DNA of 64,000 bases from Gemmatimonadota bacterium (GCA_039589315.1 JBDHHQ010000017.1:32001-96000); one strand, 5' to 3'. Counted from the first letter of the stretch, positions 10,647-21,052 are shown. Notes: a model not told the origin generated them from the sequence alone. Numbers and translations: made by a program.

Positions 10647-10958
10647 CTGAACGCTCGAGCGCTGGATTCCGACTGCTCCCGGCGTGACGCGGGCTTCCTC
10701 TGCGAGGTCCTGCGCGCCTGGAGTTTCCGGGTCATGCCACACCGTTGTGGCACACTAGCGTTATCGGCTCGCGACGGGGTTTGGTGTAGGCACCCCGGCC
10801 CGCGGTCATCGGAGTGCCATCGGCCCACCCGATCGGGCCTCTTCCAGCGAACCCATGGGGGCGTCGGGACCCGGCTAAGCTCCCGCGCGCGTCCGGACGA
10901 TACCTGAAGCGACAACTCCACCGGGCACGAGCGAGGCCTGCTCCTCCTCCGATCATTC

Positions 10959-11801
10959 GTGCCCGAGCACCTCTCGGAGCGCCCCTCGATGACCAATTGG
11001 AGCGGATTCTCCCCCCCACAGCGGGTCGTGTGGCTGACCGGTTCGGCGCTCTCCGGGGCCGCCGTCGCCCTGGCGGTAGCCATGAACGACGGCGTCCAGC
11101 GGACCGCAGCCGGTGCCTGGTCCGGCTTCGGCGTCGCACTGGCCGCTCTCGAGTCGAACGCATGGTGGCTGATTCCGACGTTCGTTCTGTCCTCTGTCAC
11201 CGTCTTCTCGGTCCCCCGGCTGAAGCATTGGTTCTCCGCCTCGCCGTCGACGGATCTGCTGCTGGACGTGTACCGAACGCGCTCGTTTCAGCGGGTCAAG
11301 GAGGACGCCCGCGATCACCACGTGACTCTGTTCAAACACGTTCGGTGGAACGTCTGGCCCTTCGCCTGGGACGGCCGGCCGCGCCTTCTGGGGCGGCCAT
11401 GGGGTGGCTGGCTCACGGCCGTGTCCAACGCCGGGCCAGATGAGAGCCCGGCCGGCCGGACGTTCTACGCCCCCAACGACGCGCTCCAGGCCGGTGGCGT
11501 ACCGGGTTCGAGTTGGGCCAAGCGGAGCTTCATCGCCGTTCAGAATCTGCCGGACCTGGCCGGTGAGCTCCGCGATGAGGCCGTCTCGGCCTACGCGTTG
11601 AACACGCGTGTCCCCCAATGGCGGGTCCGCGCCGAGCGGCCGTCTGCACGCTCCCTCTGTGCGTTTCCGGTCGAGACGAACGGTGTTCCGTGGGGCGTTC
11701 TGGTCTTCACCAGTCGAGAGCGGGACCTGGATCTGACCGCGATCAAGCGGTTTCATCGAGACGTGGCCCGGGTGCTTGGCGGGCTCCTAGGGGAGGCTTG
11801 A
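10959..11801 (+). CDS. Hypothetical protein: two N-terminal TM helices plus C-terminal GAF-like domain
   Basis: Two hydrophobic helices; C-terminal ARSLCAFPVETNGVPWGVLVFTSR resembles the GAF beta-hairpin; its 3' end carries the GGAGG/GAGGAG RBS of the next gene. Confidence 0.65.
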   Translation: MPEHLSERPSMTNWSGFSPPQRVVWLTGSALSGAAVALAVAMNDGVQRTAAGAWSGFGVALAALESNAWWLIPTFVLSSVTVFSVPRLKHWFSASPSTDLLLDVYRTRSFQRVKEDARDHHVTLFKHVRWNVWPFAWDGRPRLLGRPWGGWLTAVSNAGPDESPAGRTFYAPNDALQAGGVPGSSWAKRSFIAVQNLPDLAGELRDEAVSAYALNTRVPQWRVRAERPSARSLCAFPVETNGVPWGVLVFTSRERDLDLTAIKRFHRDVARVLGGLLGEA

Positions 11802-11807
11802 GGAGAA

Positions 11808-12368
11808 ATGGACGGTTGGATCGAGCTGGATCCCGAGTGGCTCGACCGTCGGCGGGAGCTGAACACCACGAACGACGGGGTGGAGATTCTGGTGTTCGTT
11901 TCGCCCTATGACGTGCCCGACGCCGTGCGCGCCCACAGGGACAAAGCCGCCGACATCTTCGTCGTCGAGTTTCGCTACATCCAGGATGAGCCGTGGTCCA
12001 GGCACCCGTGCAACCGCATGATCGCGCTGCGGACGGGCTCGCACAGTGGACGGCTCCTGGGCGTCGAGATCGATCTCAGAAAGGCTCGCAACAATGGTGT
12101 CGTGACGGGTCAGGAAGCGATGCGCGTCGCTGTGGCGGGCGTCGATTCGCAGCTGCTCAGCCATCGCCACAACTTCACTCTGGCGACGCAGATTCTGAAG
12201 CTGAAGGCGTCGGATCTGATCGCGCTCTACGAGGGGCGCCCGAGGCAGCTCGAGTCCTCGGCCACGTCGGTCACCCCGCCTCCCACGCACAGGGCGCCTG
12301 CCGCCCCGGCCAGGAGGACAGCGTCGCCGAAGGCGCCCCAGACCTCGGGGGAGAGCGGTCCGGCCTGA
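11808..12368 (+). CDS. Hypothetical protein coupled to the 2TM-GAF-like gene
   Basis: GAGGAG RBS, 6-nt gap to the upstream stop; globular region with VSPYDVP, EFRYI, GRLLGVEID; disordered tail. Confidence 0.7.
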   Translation: MDGWIELDPEWLDRRRELNTTNDGVEILVFVSPYDVPDAVRAHRDKAADIFVVEFRYIQDEPWSRHPCNRMIALRTGSHSGRLLGVEIDLRKARNNGVVTGQEAMRVAVAGVDSQLLSHRHNFTLATQILKLKASDLIALYEGRPRQLESSATSVTPPPTHRAPAAPARRTASPKAPQTSGESGPA

Positions 12369-12404
12369 CAATCGGCCATCGCCGCCTCGAGGCGCCCGGA
12401 TCGG

Positions 12405-14312
12405 CTACGGCTCGGTCGACGGTCGGGGCCGCCCGACCACCGACATCCTGATCTGCGACGGATGCTCCTGGGAATGGTACACGACATTGTGAGCCACCAC
12501 GCCCTCGGTCTCGTCCCAGTTTCGGCCACCGGTGTTGAGGTTTCGGGTGAACCGAGGGAAGTTGCTGCTGGATACCTCGAGGCGAATACGATGCCCTGGC
12601 CCGAAGTAGTTGCTGGTGGTCAGAGGACTCAGCGTCACCTCGTAGACCTGGCCCTCCTCCATGAAGACCTGCTTGTCGTAGCCCTCCCTGTACCGGACCC
12701 GTTGGATGGTCTCATCGAGGTTGTACGCCCGACCGTCGGGGTACACGTCGACGAGCTTCACGGTGAAGTCAGTGTCTCTCACGTCAGACGAGACGAACAG
12801 GGTGACCTCGACAGGACCGCTCACCTCGACCCCTTCCTCCAGGGGCTCGCTCGTGTAGACCAGGATGTCGTGCCGCGTCTCCATCCGTTGCTGATCCAGG
12901 GAGCCGGCCCGGACCGCGTTTCCGGTGCAACAGACGTTGCCGCCATGTGACGGCACCGGATTCATGGGGTCGTAGGTGAAGGTGTCCGGCGTGTCACCTG
13001 CTCCGGGCCCACCCGGCGTGAGCGTTCCGTCGCCGTACAGGCTGTTGGCTCTCCCACCGCTGCCGAGGTAGTACGTCATCGTCTCCGCGCCCTCGGGTGG
13101 CCAGGTCTCCGAGCTCTGCCATTCGTTGAGGCCCATCGTGTAATACTGGACCCGGGGAGTCCTCTCGGTGAACCCGTTGTCCTCGCCCTTGAGCCAGTAG
13201 TCGAACCAGTCGTAGACCATCTCCATGTAGTCGAAACGAGCGTCACCGACGTCACGATCCCCCACGATCGTGGGGTTCTCAGTGCGGGTGTACGCACAGT
13301 GTGTCACGGGCGCGATGACCGCGAACTGGTTCTCGCGCACCTCCTGGTCTCGGGCGTTTTCCCGGACGTGGTTGTACAGCGCCAGGTTGGGACCCACCGA
13401 TACGTCGTACCAGGACATGAACCAGAGGCTCGGTACCCCGAACGGCATGTCGTCGTGGTAGAGCCCGCCCCGGTACCAGGTCGGATCGTCGGGTGTCCGC
13501 TTGATCATGTCCTCGAAGATGCCCTCGGGACCGTCCACGTTCTTCATGATGTCCACGAGGGGCAGGTGCCTCAGGGCCTCGACCCAATCCACCCGTGGCA
13601 TCTCCGGGGCAAGGTCGAAGTACCGGGACACCCGGATGAGGTCTTCGCGGGACATGTCCGAGGGAAACATGGGTCTCTGATTGTTCTGATTGCCGTAGAG
13701 CCAGGCGAAGAAGAGCATCTGCTCGGCACCGCCCCTATACCAGTTGCCCTGCTCCTGAAAGGGCCCCACTCGGCCGACGCCGGCGCCGAAGCCCTGTGGC
13801 ACCATGGCGGCGTGTGCGGGATTGTCCAGAGACGCCACCGCCATCTGCCACTCTGCCGTCGACGAGCAACCCAGCGTGCCCACCTTGCCGTTGGACCACG
13901 GCTGCTCAGCCATCCACGTCAGGGCGTCGTCTCCGTCCGTGATCGGGGGGCCGAGAATGTCCCACTCGCCCTCCGAGAAGAACCTCCCCCGCTCGTTCTG
14001 GACCACGTAGGCGTAGCCCCGCTTCACGGCTTCGTGCGCGGCCCTCAGGGTCCGGGTCGAAAGCTGTCCGTCTCGGTAGGAGTTGAAGTTGTACGGCGTC
14101 TTTGAGAAGACGATGGGCACCGGCACGTCGGTCCTCGGTCGGTACACGTCGGTGGCCAGGCGGATGCCGTCCCGCATCGGCACCATGAGCTTCTGCTCGA
14201 TGATGGCCGCGGCTTCGAGGGAGTCCAGGAGGGCTTCCTGCGACGTGGCGGGTGGGGCGAGGACGGAAAGGGCGGCGCAGGCGAACAAGACACGGAGAAC
14301 GACTCTGCTCAT
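12405..14312 (-). CDS. CocE/NonD family serine hydrolase (peptidase S15-like), exported
   Basis: [27 protein letters not shown], nucleophile elbow [19 protein letters not shown]; signal peptide from ATG 14312. Confidence 0.92.
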   Translation of the reverse strand: MSRVVLRVLFACAALSVLAPPATSQEALLDSLEAAAIIEQKLMVPMRDGIRLATDVYRPRTDVPVPIVFSKTPYNFNSYRDGQLSTRTLRAAHEAVKRGYAYVVQNERGRFFSEGEWDILGPPITDGDDALTWMAEQPWSNGKVGTLGCSSTAEWQMAVASLDNPAHAAMVPQGFGAGVGRVGPFQEQGNWYRGGAEQMLFFAWLYGNQNNQRPMFPSDMSREDLIRVSRYFDLAPEMPRVDWVEALRHLPLVDIMKNVDGPEGIFEDMIKRTPDDPTWYRGGLYHDDMPFGVPSLWFMSWYDVSVGPNLALYNHVRENARDQEVRENQFAVIAPVTHCAYTRTENPTIVGDRDVGDARFDYMEMVYDWFDYWLKGEDNGFTERTPRVQYYTMGLNEWQSSETWPPEGAETMTYYLGSGGRANSLYGDGTLTPGGPGAGDTPDTFTYDPMNPVPSHGGNVCCTGNAVRAGSLDQQRMETRHDILVYTSEPLEEGVEVSGPVEVTLFVSSDVRDTDFTVKLVDVYPDGRAYNLDETIQRVRYREGYDKQVFMEEGQVYEVTLSPLTTSNYFGPGHRIRLEVSSSNFPRFTRNLNTGGRNWDETEGVVAHNVVYHSQEHPSQIRMSVVGRPRPSTEP

Positions 14313-14520
14313 GGCTCTCCCTTTCTGCCAGAGATCCGGGTGGTCGCGCCAGGTGGACGCCGTACCCACGATAGGAAGCCGAGGCCGGCCGAGCAGTCGG
14401 GAGATTCCCGACATGCTCCACGAGCATGCCTCGCGGCCCTGACGACTCCGCGGCGGGTGGCCTGGCCGTCACCAATGAGGATATCCTTCACGTCGAACCC
14501 AAGTCAGCATGGAGGCTGCA

Positions 14521-16293
14521 ATGCGAAGATCCTTGCTACCCCTACTTCTCATCGGGACGCTCGGGGCACCGATGGCCCTTTCCGCCCAGGCGACCGAGTC
14601 GAGCGGCACGAAGCTCTACTACCCTGCGTGCGCCCCTTATGCGGCCGAGTACGTGTTCGACTGCTATCACGACTTCGCCGAGGTGGAGCAGTTCGTCCTC
14701 GATGCAGCGCGTGCCCACCCGGATCTGGCGCGAGTGGAGTCCCTGGGGAAGAGCTACCAGGGTCGGGATCTGTGGGTGATGACGCTCACCGACTTCACCG
14801 AAGGCGGCCCCGATGACAAGCCTGCCATCTGGGTCGATGGCGGGATCGACTCGGACGAGGTGATCGCGACCGAAGCGGCCCTGGGGTTGATCCACCACCT
14901 GCTGACCTCGTCGGACCCGGACGTGACGACGCTCCTTCGCTCGCGGACCTTCTACGTTGCCCCCAACGTCATCCCTGACGGATCCGAGCTGCACCACCAC
15001 ACCCCTGAGCGGCCTCGGGACTCTACGCTCCGGCCGTGGGACGACGACGGAGACGGTCACCTGGACGAGGACGGGGTCGAGGATCTCGACGGTGACAGCG
15101 AGGCCCTCCAAATGCGTGTGGCGGATCCCAACGGGACTCACGTGGCCCGCGCCGAGGACGCCCGTCTGATGAGGCCTCGGCGACCCGGCGATGCGGGGCC
15201 CTTCTACCGCCTGTACGTGGAAGGGATCGACAACGACGGGGATGGGGAGTATCAGGAGGACCGTCTCGGGGGCATCGACCCAAACCGGAACTTCCCGGGC
15301 AACTGGTCAACCGGCCAGAACGGCTCGGGTCCGTTCCCCGGCTCCGAGCCCGAGCTGAGGGCGGCTTTGGATTTCGTGCTGGCGCATCCGAACATCGCTG
15401 CGTCCCAGCACTACCACTCCAGCGGTGGCGTGGTGCTGCGCCCGCCGTCCGTGCCTGACTGGCGCCTGCCCGCCGCCGATGAGCAGCTCTACATGGCGGT
15501 CGCGCGACGAGGCCTGGAGGTGACGGGCTACAACCTGTCGACCTCCGTCTACGACTGGAACTGGCCCCGGGGATCGCGCAATACGAAGAACGGACAGGTC
15601 TGGCGGGACAGGGAGGGAGAGGTGAAGGGCTTCCCGGTTGCCGAGGACGCCTATCCTGCGTACGGGGGTTCCATCGACGGGCTCTACAGCCTGTTCGGGG
15701 TCCTGGCGTTCGCCAACGAGATCTACCAACTGGGTGAGGATGACGACGGAGACGGGCGCATTGACGACATGGAGCGCCTGCGGGCGAACGATGCGGAAAT
15801 GGCCGGTGAGGCGTTTCGCGATTGGAGCCCCTTCGATCATCCCCAACTGGGCCCGGTCGAGATCGGCGGATGGCGCAAGTTCGGACAGAACAACCCGATC
15901 GGCGGACGGATCCAGGAGGAGGTGGACAGGAACGTGGCGTTCGCCTTGCTACAGGCCAGCATGATGCCAGCCCTGACGCTGACATCCGTCGAGGTCGAGG
16001 ATCTGGAAGGCGGAGTCAGCAGGATACGCATGACCGTAGCGAACACCGGTTATCAGCCCACGGAGCTCGCCATCCGGGTGGACTCCGGCCACGCCGTTTC
16101 CGCCCGGGCTTTCGTGACCCTGGAGGGGGGTGCGGAGCTGCTGTCCGAGAATCCCGAGGTCGAGCTCGGTGTGCTCGCTGGCCACGGAGAGGTGGAGGTG
16201 ACGTGGCTGATACGCGGCGCGGGCACCGCGCAAGTAGAGGCCTACCATCCCAAGGCTGGCCGAGCGTCCGACCGCGTGCCGATCGGCGGCTGA
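14521..16293 (+). CDS. M14 zinc carboxypeptidase family protein, exported
   Basis: Signal peptide; LGKSYQGRDLW, DPNRNFP, PGSEPE, HYHS, NE; DxDGD repeats; first Zn motif atypical (IDSDE). Confidence 0.85.
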   Translation: MRRSLLPLLLIGTLGAPMALSAQATESSGTKLYYPACAPYAAEYVFDCYHDFAEVEQFVLDAARAHPDLARVESLGKSYQGRDLWVMTLTDFTEGGPDDKPAIWVDGGIDSDEVIATEAALGLIHHLLTSSDPDVTTLLRSRTFYVAPNVIPDGSELHHHTPERPRDSTLRPWDDDGDGHLDEDGVEDLDGDSEALQMRVADPNGTHVARAEDARLMRPRRPGDAGPFYRLYVEGIDNDGDGEYQEDRLGGIDPNRNFPGNWSTGQNGSGPFPGSEPELRAALDFVLAHPNIAASQHYHSSGGVVLRPPSVPDWRLPAADEQLYMAVARRGLEVTGYNLSTSVYDWNWPRGSRNTKNGQVWRDREGEVKGFPVAEDAYPAYGGSIDGLYSLFGVLAFANEIYQLGEDDDGDGRIDDMERLRANDAEMAGEAFRDWSPFDHPQLGPVEIGGWRKFGQNNPIGGRIQEEVDRNVAFALLQASMMPALTLTSVEVEDLEGGVSRIRMTVANTGYQPTELAIRVDSGHAVSARAFVTLEGGAELLSENPEVELGVLAGHGEVEVTWLIRGAGTAQVEAYHPKAGRASDRVPIGG

Positions 16294-16311
16294 GGCCGAG
16301 CGATCGAACCG

Positions 16312-17187
16312 ATGTCCTTCACCGCCGCCGATCTCGTCGAGCTCCTCGAGCTCGAGCCCATCGAGCACAACATCTACCGTGGTCGAAACCGGGACATCGG
16401 GTCCGGGCGTATCTTCGGTGGCCAGGTTCTCGCCCAGGCACTGGTGGCCGCTCAGCGCACGGTGCCCGAGGATCGCAGCGTGCACTCCATGCACGGCTAT
16501 TTCATTCTCGCCGGTGATCTCGAGGTGCCGGTGGTCTACTTCGTGGACCGACTCCGGGACGGCGGGTCGTTCACGACCCGCCGGGTCACGGCGATCCAGC
16601 ACGGGAACGCGATCTTCAACCTCTCGGCTTCATTCCACCGTCACGAACCGGGACTGGAGCATCAGGCCGAGATGCCGGACGTGCCCGGCCCCGAAACGCT
16701 ACGGTCCGAGCTCGACATCATCCGGGAGCGGGCGGACGAGATCGACGAGCGCATCCGTCCCATCGTGACTCAGGACCGCCCCCTGGACATGCGACCCTGT
16801 GGGAACGAGGACCCGTTCGACACGACGCCGCGGCCTCCGCGCAGGCACGTCTGGGTCAAGGCGGTAGGGCGGTTGGGCGACAACCCGCTGGAGCACCAGG
16901 GCATCCTCGCGTACGCCTCGGACTACGCTCTCCTGGTCACGGCGCTGCGCCCTCATGGCACGGGCTTCCGGGACGCTCGTCTGATGGTGGCCAGCCTGGA
17001 CCACTCGATCTGGTTCCACCGCCCCTTTCGCATGGATCAGTGGCTGCTCTATCAGGTCGACAGCCCCGTCTCCTTCGGCGCACGAGGGTTCGCCCGGGGC
17101 ACCTACTTCACGCGGGAGGGCGAGCTGGTCGCTTCAGTCGCGCAGGAGGGACTGATCCGCGTCAAGCGGCCGCCTGGAGACAGGTAG
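16312..17187 (+). CDS. tesB: Acyl-CoA thioesterase II
   Basis: IFGGQVLAQAL, HSMHGYF, RDGGSFTTRRV, LAYASD, ASLDHSIWFHRP, ASVAQEGLIR. Confidence 0.95.
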   Translation: MSFTAADLVELLELEPIEHNIYRGRNRDIGSGRIFGGQVLAQALVAAQRTVPEDRSVHSMHGYFILAGDLEVPVVYFVDRLRDGGSFTTRRVTAIQHGNAIFNLSASFHRHEPGLEHQAEMPDVPGPETLRSELDIIRERADEIDERIRPIVTQDRPLDMRPCGNEDPFDTTPRPPRRHVWVKAVGRLGDNPLEHQGILAYASDYALLVTALRPHGTGFRDARLMVASLDHSIWFHRPFRMDQWLLYQVDSPVSFGARGFARGTYFTREGELVASVAQEGLIRVKRPPGDR

Positions 17188-17223
17188 GGCGGCAGAGGCG
17201 TAGACCCGGCCCACCGTGCTCAG

Positions 17224-17299
17224 CGCTCGCACCCCACGAGCCAGGTCGTCCCGCTCGCACCCCACGAGCCAGGTCCGCTCGCACCCCACGAGCTAGGCC
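17224..17299. repeat. Intergenic triple 24-bp direct repeat; each copy is a small hairpin
   Basis: CGCTCGCACCCCACGAGC(C/T)AGG(T/C)C at 17224, 17252 and 17276; stem GCTCG/CGAGC around loop CACCCCA. Confidence 0.9.
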
Positions 17300-17535
17300 C
17301 TCCCGGCGTCGGGGCGCACCCACCCGGACCACCTCGACCCCTACGTGGGTGCTCCCGGCCGGCGCTGCAACTCCCGGTGGGTGTTGGCAGCCCGCAAGCA
17401 CACGGCCCGGCGGCATCGGCTCGGGATGTCCCGCCGCACGGCGGTACGGCTCGCTACACCGTCGCAGCCGTTGCGTCGATAAAAGAAATGGGCTGCCGAA
17501 TACTTTGTCGTACCCGTAGGTCAGGGAGCTCGATC

Positions 17536-18216
17536 ATGGCCAACCCGCCAGTGCCCGACAGTTGGGTCCCGCAGAAGTTCAACAGGACTCTTCGTGGCTA
17601 CGACCCCGAGGTAGTCGATGGCTTCGTGGCTTCGACCCGGAGTCAGATCGAAGAGCTGACCCAGCAGAACCGATCCCTGAGCGAGCGCGTGAAGGACCTC
17701 GAAGGGAAGGTGAAGTTCCACGAGGAGCGGGCCACTGCGGTCCAGGACGCGCTGGTCATGGCACAGACCATGAGCACGGAGGTTCAGGACAAGGCCGAAG
17801 CGGAGGCCGAGGAGTTGAGGCGGATGGCCTCAGAGGATGCCGAGGCCCTGCTCAGGACCGCCGAAGAGGACCGGGCACGTATGGAGATGGAGGCGGAGGA
17901 GCTCAAGCGGGAGGCGGATCGCCTTCGCGCCGAGGCTTTGGCCGAGATCGAGGAAGAGCGACTGCAGGCCCAGAGCGACGCCGAAGCGGAGGCGGCCCGG
18001 ATCCGGGACGAGGCCACGCAGGCGGCAGCTCGCATCGTCGAAGACGCGCGCCGTGAAGCGGACGCGGTCACCGCTCAAGTCGAGCGCTTGGAGAAGCGCC
18101 GGACCGAGTTCCTCGACTTCCTGGCGAAGGAGTTGGAAAAGACGCCGCCCGTGAACGGTGACGGCGACAAGGAGCCTCAGACTCTCGAGGTGTACTTCTC
18201 CGACGCCACCATGTAG
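17536..18216 (+). CDS. DivIVA-domain coiled-coil protein
   Basis: QKFNRTLRGYDPEVVDGFV N-terminal DivIVA signature followed by a long Glu/Ala/Arg coiled coil; GGGAG RBS. Confidence 0.85.
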   Translation: MANPPVPDSWVPQKFNRTLRGYDPEVVDGFVASTRSQIEELTQQNRSLSERVKDLEGKVKFHEERATAVQDALVMAQTMSTEVQDKAEAEAEELRRMASEDAEALLRTAEEDRARMEMEAEELKREADRLRAEALAEIEEERLQAQSDAEAEAARIRDEATQAAARIVEDARREADAVTAQVERLEKRRTEFLDFLAKELEKTPPVNGDGDKEPQTLEVYFSDATM

Positions 18217-18239
18217 GAGCGCAGGTCACCGGGCTATCG

Positions 18240-19775
18240 TCAGGGGACGCTCGTCCCCTTCAGCCAATCGACGGTGCGGCTCTCCAGGTAGTCGTAGAAC
18301 GGGTTGTGCCGAAGCCGCATGAGCCAATCCGAGGGGAACTTCAGCAGCCCCCTCTCCCCCCGCGCAGGTATGTGCCCCAGGAAGAGCTCGTCAGGGTCCT
18401 CGGGCCTGCGTTGACCGTAGAGACGATCGGCGGGTGAAAAGGGCAAAGCCACGTGAGACAGGGAGACCACGCCCGGCGGCCATTCGACGTCGAGGGGCTC
18501 CGTCGAGCTCACGGGAGACAGAGGGCCCTTGCGGCGGAGGACCACGGCGTTGCTTTCCGGGCTCTCGTTCGTGACCAACGTCAGGCTGAACGGCAAGGTG
18601 AGGTCGTCCAGGAGCCGCGCCGTCAGCGGGCCGGGATCCGAGGCGAGCACCGTAGAGTTGACGCTGTTCCGATTCACGTCGAACAACACCAGCTCGTGCC
18701 GTGCCGGAGCCAGGTGCTCGAGCAGATTGTCTACGACCGCATCCGTCGAGACCGTCGCGTCGACCGTGGAGAGAAACGCCAGGATCGGAGGCAGATCCCG
18801 CAGCGGACCGTCGGCAGCGCGGGCTTCGATCTCCCCTGCCACGGAACGGGTCAGCCGATGGACCTGGTGTCCCGCGTTCACCGGAAAGGAGTTGTATTTG
18901 TAGGGGTCGAACTCCGGCAGGATCGTCTGCCAGGTCAGCTTCTCCAGCCCGGGTAGCAACGCCAGCCGCAGGTTCCACTTGGCCAGAGCGGCCAGAGGCG
19001 TGATCCCCATTGCCGGTGAGATCAATACGAGACTGGCCGGCGCCGGGCCCGACGCCCCGACGCTCAGCGCATACTCGACGGCGAGAGTGGCACCCGTCGA
19101 GTAGCCCACGATGTGGATCGATCGGCTGCCCACGACCGTCTGGAGGTGTGCCATGGCCAGCCGTACGGCCGCGGCCATGTCCTCGGACGTCACCTCGGTG
19201 AGCCCGGTGGGCGCGGTGCCGTGCCCGGGCAGCCGCAAGCCGACGACCCGATACCCGTGACGGTGGAGTGCCTCACCCAGGGCTCTCAAGCTGTACGGCG
19301 AGTCGGACATGCCGTGGAGCAGCAACACGCCGCCCTCCGGGTCGTCGACGTCGAGCTCGAAGCTGCGGTTCCAGTTCGGGTGTCGGTTGCGGGGGTCCGG
19401 TGCGCTGCCAGGGCTGAACCTGGCCAGCGTCAATGCCGGTCCCGTATCCGTCTCGGCGTAGACCTGCACGTCCAACTCTCGGAACAACCTGTCCTCGAGG
19501 TCGAGGTAGTCGTCGAAACTGCGGAACTGATCGGCGCCTTTCGCCGTGAACTCCTCGGAGAGCTCTGCCGTGTGCCAGATCTGCAGCGAGGGGCCCGTGC
19601 GTACCCGGTACACGTAGAGCGCAAAGGCGCCCACGACGAAACCGAGCGAGGCAACGACCAGATAGCGGCTCAGGCGCTCGAGGCGCCCTGATGCGCTCCG
19701 GGGCCCGGCGGTCCCGTCGACACCGCTATCCGGCGAATCCGTATCGGTCAAGGGTCTCTTCCCTTCCTTCGGCAT
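18240..19775 (-). CDS. Membrane-anchored alpha/beta-hydrolase (esterase/lipase-like)
   Basis: N-terminal TM; LLHGMSDSPY, LPGHGT, GYSTG nucleophile, SLSH. Confidence 0.85.
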   Translation of the reverse strand: MPKEGKRPLTDTDSPDSGVDGTAGPRSASGRLERLSRYLVVASLGFVVGAFALYVYRVRTGPSLQIWHTAELSEEFTAKGADQFRSFDDYLDLEDRLFRELDVQVYAETDTGPALTLARFSPGSAPDPRNRHPNWNRSFELDVDDPEGGVLLLHGMSDSPYSLRALGEALHRHGYRVVGLRLPGHGTAPTGLTEVTSEDMAAAVRLAMAHLQTVVGSRSIHIVGYSTGATLAVEYALSVGASGPAPASLVLISPAMGITPLAALAKWNLRLALLPGLEKLTWQTILPEFDPYKYNSFPVNAGHQVHRLTRSVAGEIEARAADGPLRDLPPILAFLSTVDATVSTDAVVDNLLEHLAPARHELVLFDVNRNSVNSTVLASDPGPLTARLLDDLTLPFSLTLVTNESPESNAVVLRRKGPLSPVSSTEPLDVEWPPGVVSLSHVALPFSPADRLYGQRRPEDPDELFLGHIPARGERGLLKFPSDWLMRLRHNPFYDYLESRTVDWLKGTSVP

Positions 19776-19906
19776 GACCGCTCCTCGGTCCGTCTCGTGA
19801 GGGGCGCTCGGGAGCGTCTCACGGGAGAACCACCGTAGGTCCTCTCGTGTCCACGTCCCAGAGGGCGTTAATATGCAGGCCCCAGCCGGCTCTGAAAGAA
19901 GACCAC

Positions 19907-20557
19907 ATGAAGCCCGTCCACGCCACGCCCCCACGCATCACGACCCAGCCGGACGCCAGCGGACCGAGAGCCTGGCGGCTCCGGTCAGTCTTCCTGGCAG
20001 GATTCGCGACGGCTCTGCTGTTCGGACCCGCGCGGTCGAGGGCGGCCGGTCAGGACGTGTCCCTCGCGATCTCGCCACCTGGAGGACCCGGGGGCACCGA
20101 GGTGGTGGTGTACGCACGTGGCCTGCCGCCTGGGAGCGCCGTGGCGGTAGGGTTCGGCGGGATCGCCAGCCCACACGAGATCCTGGGCGAGGCACTGACC
20201 GACCCCGAAGGTGCCCTGTCCCTGACGGACACGATCCCCTCGTGGGTGGAACCGAACCGCAGCTACCTCTTCTACTTGGCGTTCTCGGACCAGCGCCCGG
20301 TCGCTTTCTCGGATCCGTTTCTCGTGACCGGTCCCGATGGCGTGGTGCAGGTTGGTGGGCGGATCACCGACGAGGGCGTGACGTGCCCCGCGATGCGGGG
20401 GCCCGATGACGAGCTCTACACGCTGGCCGGGTCCATCGGATCTGCCGCGCCGGGGGACGACGTGGTCGTGACCGCGACAATCGCGGAGGCGTCGATCTGC
20501 ATGCAGGGAATCACGCTCGTGGTCCAGCAGCTCGAGCGCGCGCCTCCACACGGGTAG
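19907..20557 (+). CDS. Exported protein with Ig-like N-domain and DUF5818-like C-terminal domain
   Basis: Signal-like segment; C-terminal ITDEGVTCPAMR...YTLAG...ASICMQG two-Cys pattern. Confidence 0.6.
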   Translation: MKPVHATPPRITTQPDASGPRAWRLRSVFLAGFATALLFGPARSRAAGQDVSLAISPPGGPGGTEVVVYARGLPPGSAVAVGFGGIASPHEILGEALTDPEGALSLTDTIPSWVEPNRSYLFYLAFSDQRPVAFSDPFLVTGPDGVVQVGGRITDEGVTCPAMRGPDDELYTLAGSIGSAAPGDDVVVTATIAEASICMQGITLVVQQLERAPPHG

Positions 20558-20578
20558 GCCGACGCGGTAACGGGCCGG

Positions 20579-21052
20579 TCAGGCAGGCGGGTCGCCGGCC
20601 GGGGCCATCCTCTCGACCTTGGTGAGGGCCACAGCGTTGATGCAGTAACGCAGACCGCTGGGTCGGGGTCCGTCCGGGAAGACGTGCCCGAGGTGAGCGT
20701 CACACGTGTTGCACGTGGTCTCGACCCGGCGCACCCCGTAAGCGTTGTCGGTGAAGTGGGCGACGGCGTTCGGCTGCACCGGCTGCGTGAAGGACGGCCA
20801 CCCGGTACCGGATTCGAACTTCTCCTCCGAGTCGAAGAGCAGGGTGTCGCAGCAGACACAGGCGTAGAGGCCAGGCTCCAAGAGGCTGCACATCTCGGAG
20901 CTGAAGGCGCGTTCGGTGCCCTTCTGGCGGGTGACCCGGTACTGCTCGGGCGTGAGCCGGGCTCGCCACTCCTGGTCCGACAGCTCGACCCGGCGGTCAG
21001 GCTCGGGGTTGCCCTCCTCCGTGAGCCTCAACACGTCCCTCCACTTCAACAT
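20579..21052 (-). CDS. msrB: Peptide methionine-R-sulfoxide reductase
   Basis: GTERAF, CVCC and CNTC Zn motifs, KFESGTGWPSF, HLGHVFPDGP, RYCIN. Confidence 0.97.
   Translation of the reverse strand: MLKWRDVLRLTEEGNPEPDRRVELSDQEWRARLTPEQYRVTRQKGTERAFSSEMCSLLEPGLYACVCCDTLLFDSEEKFESGTGWPSFTQPVQPNAVAHFTDNAYGVRRVETTCNTCDAHLGHVFPDGPRPSGLRYCINAVALTKVERMAPAGDPPA

Noticed and set aside
17385..17399. TGGCAG-N5-AAGC as a sigma-54 promoter for the DivIVA-like gene
   Set aside because: The spacing fits, but both half-sites deviate from consensus, which is too weak in GC-rich DNA.
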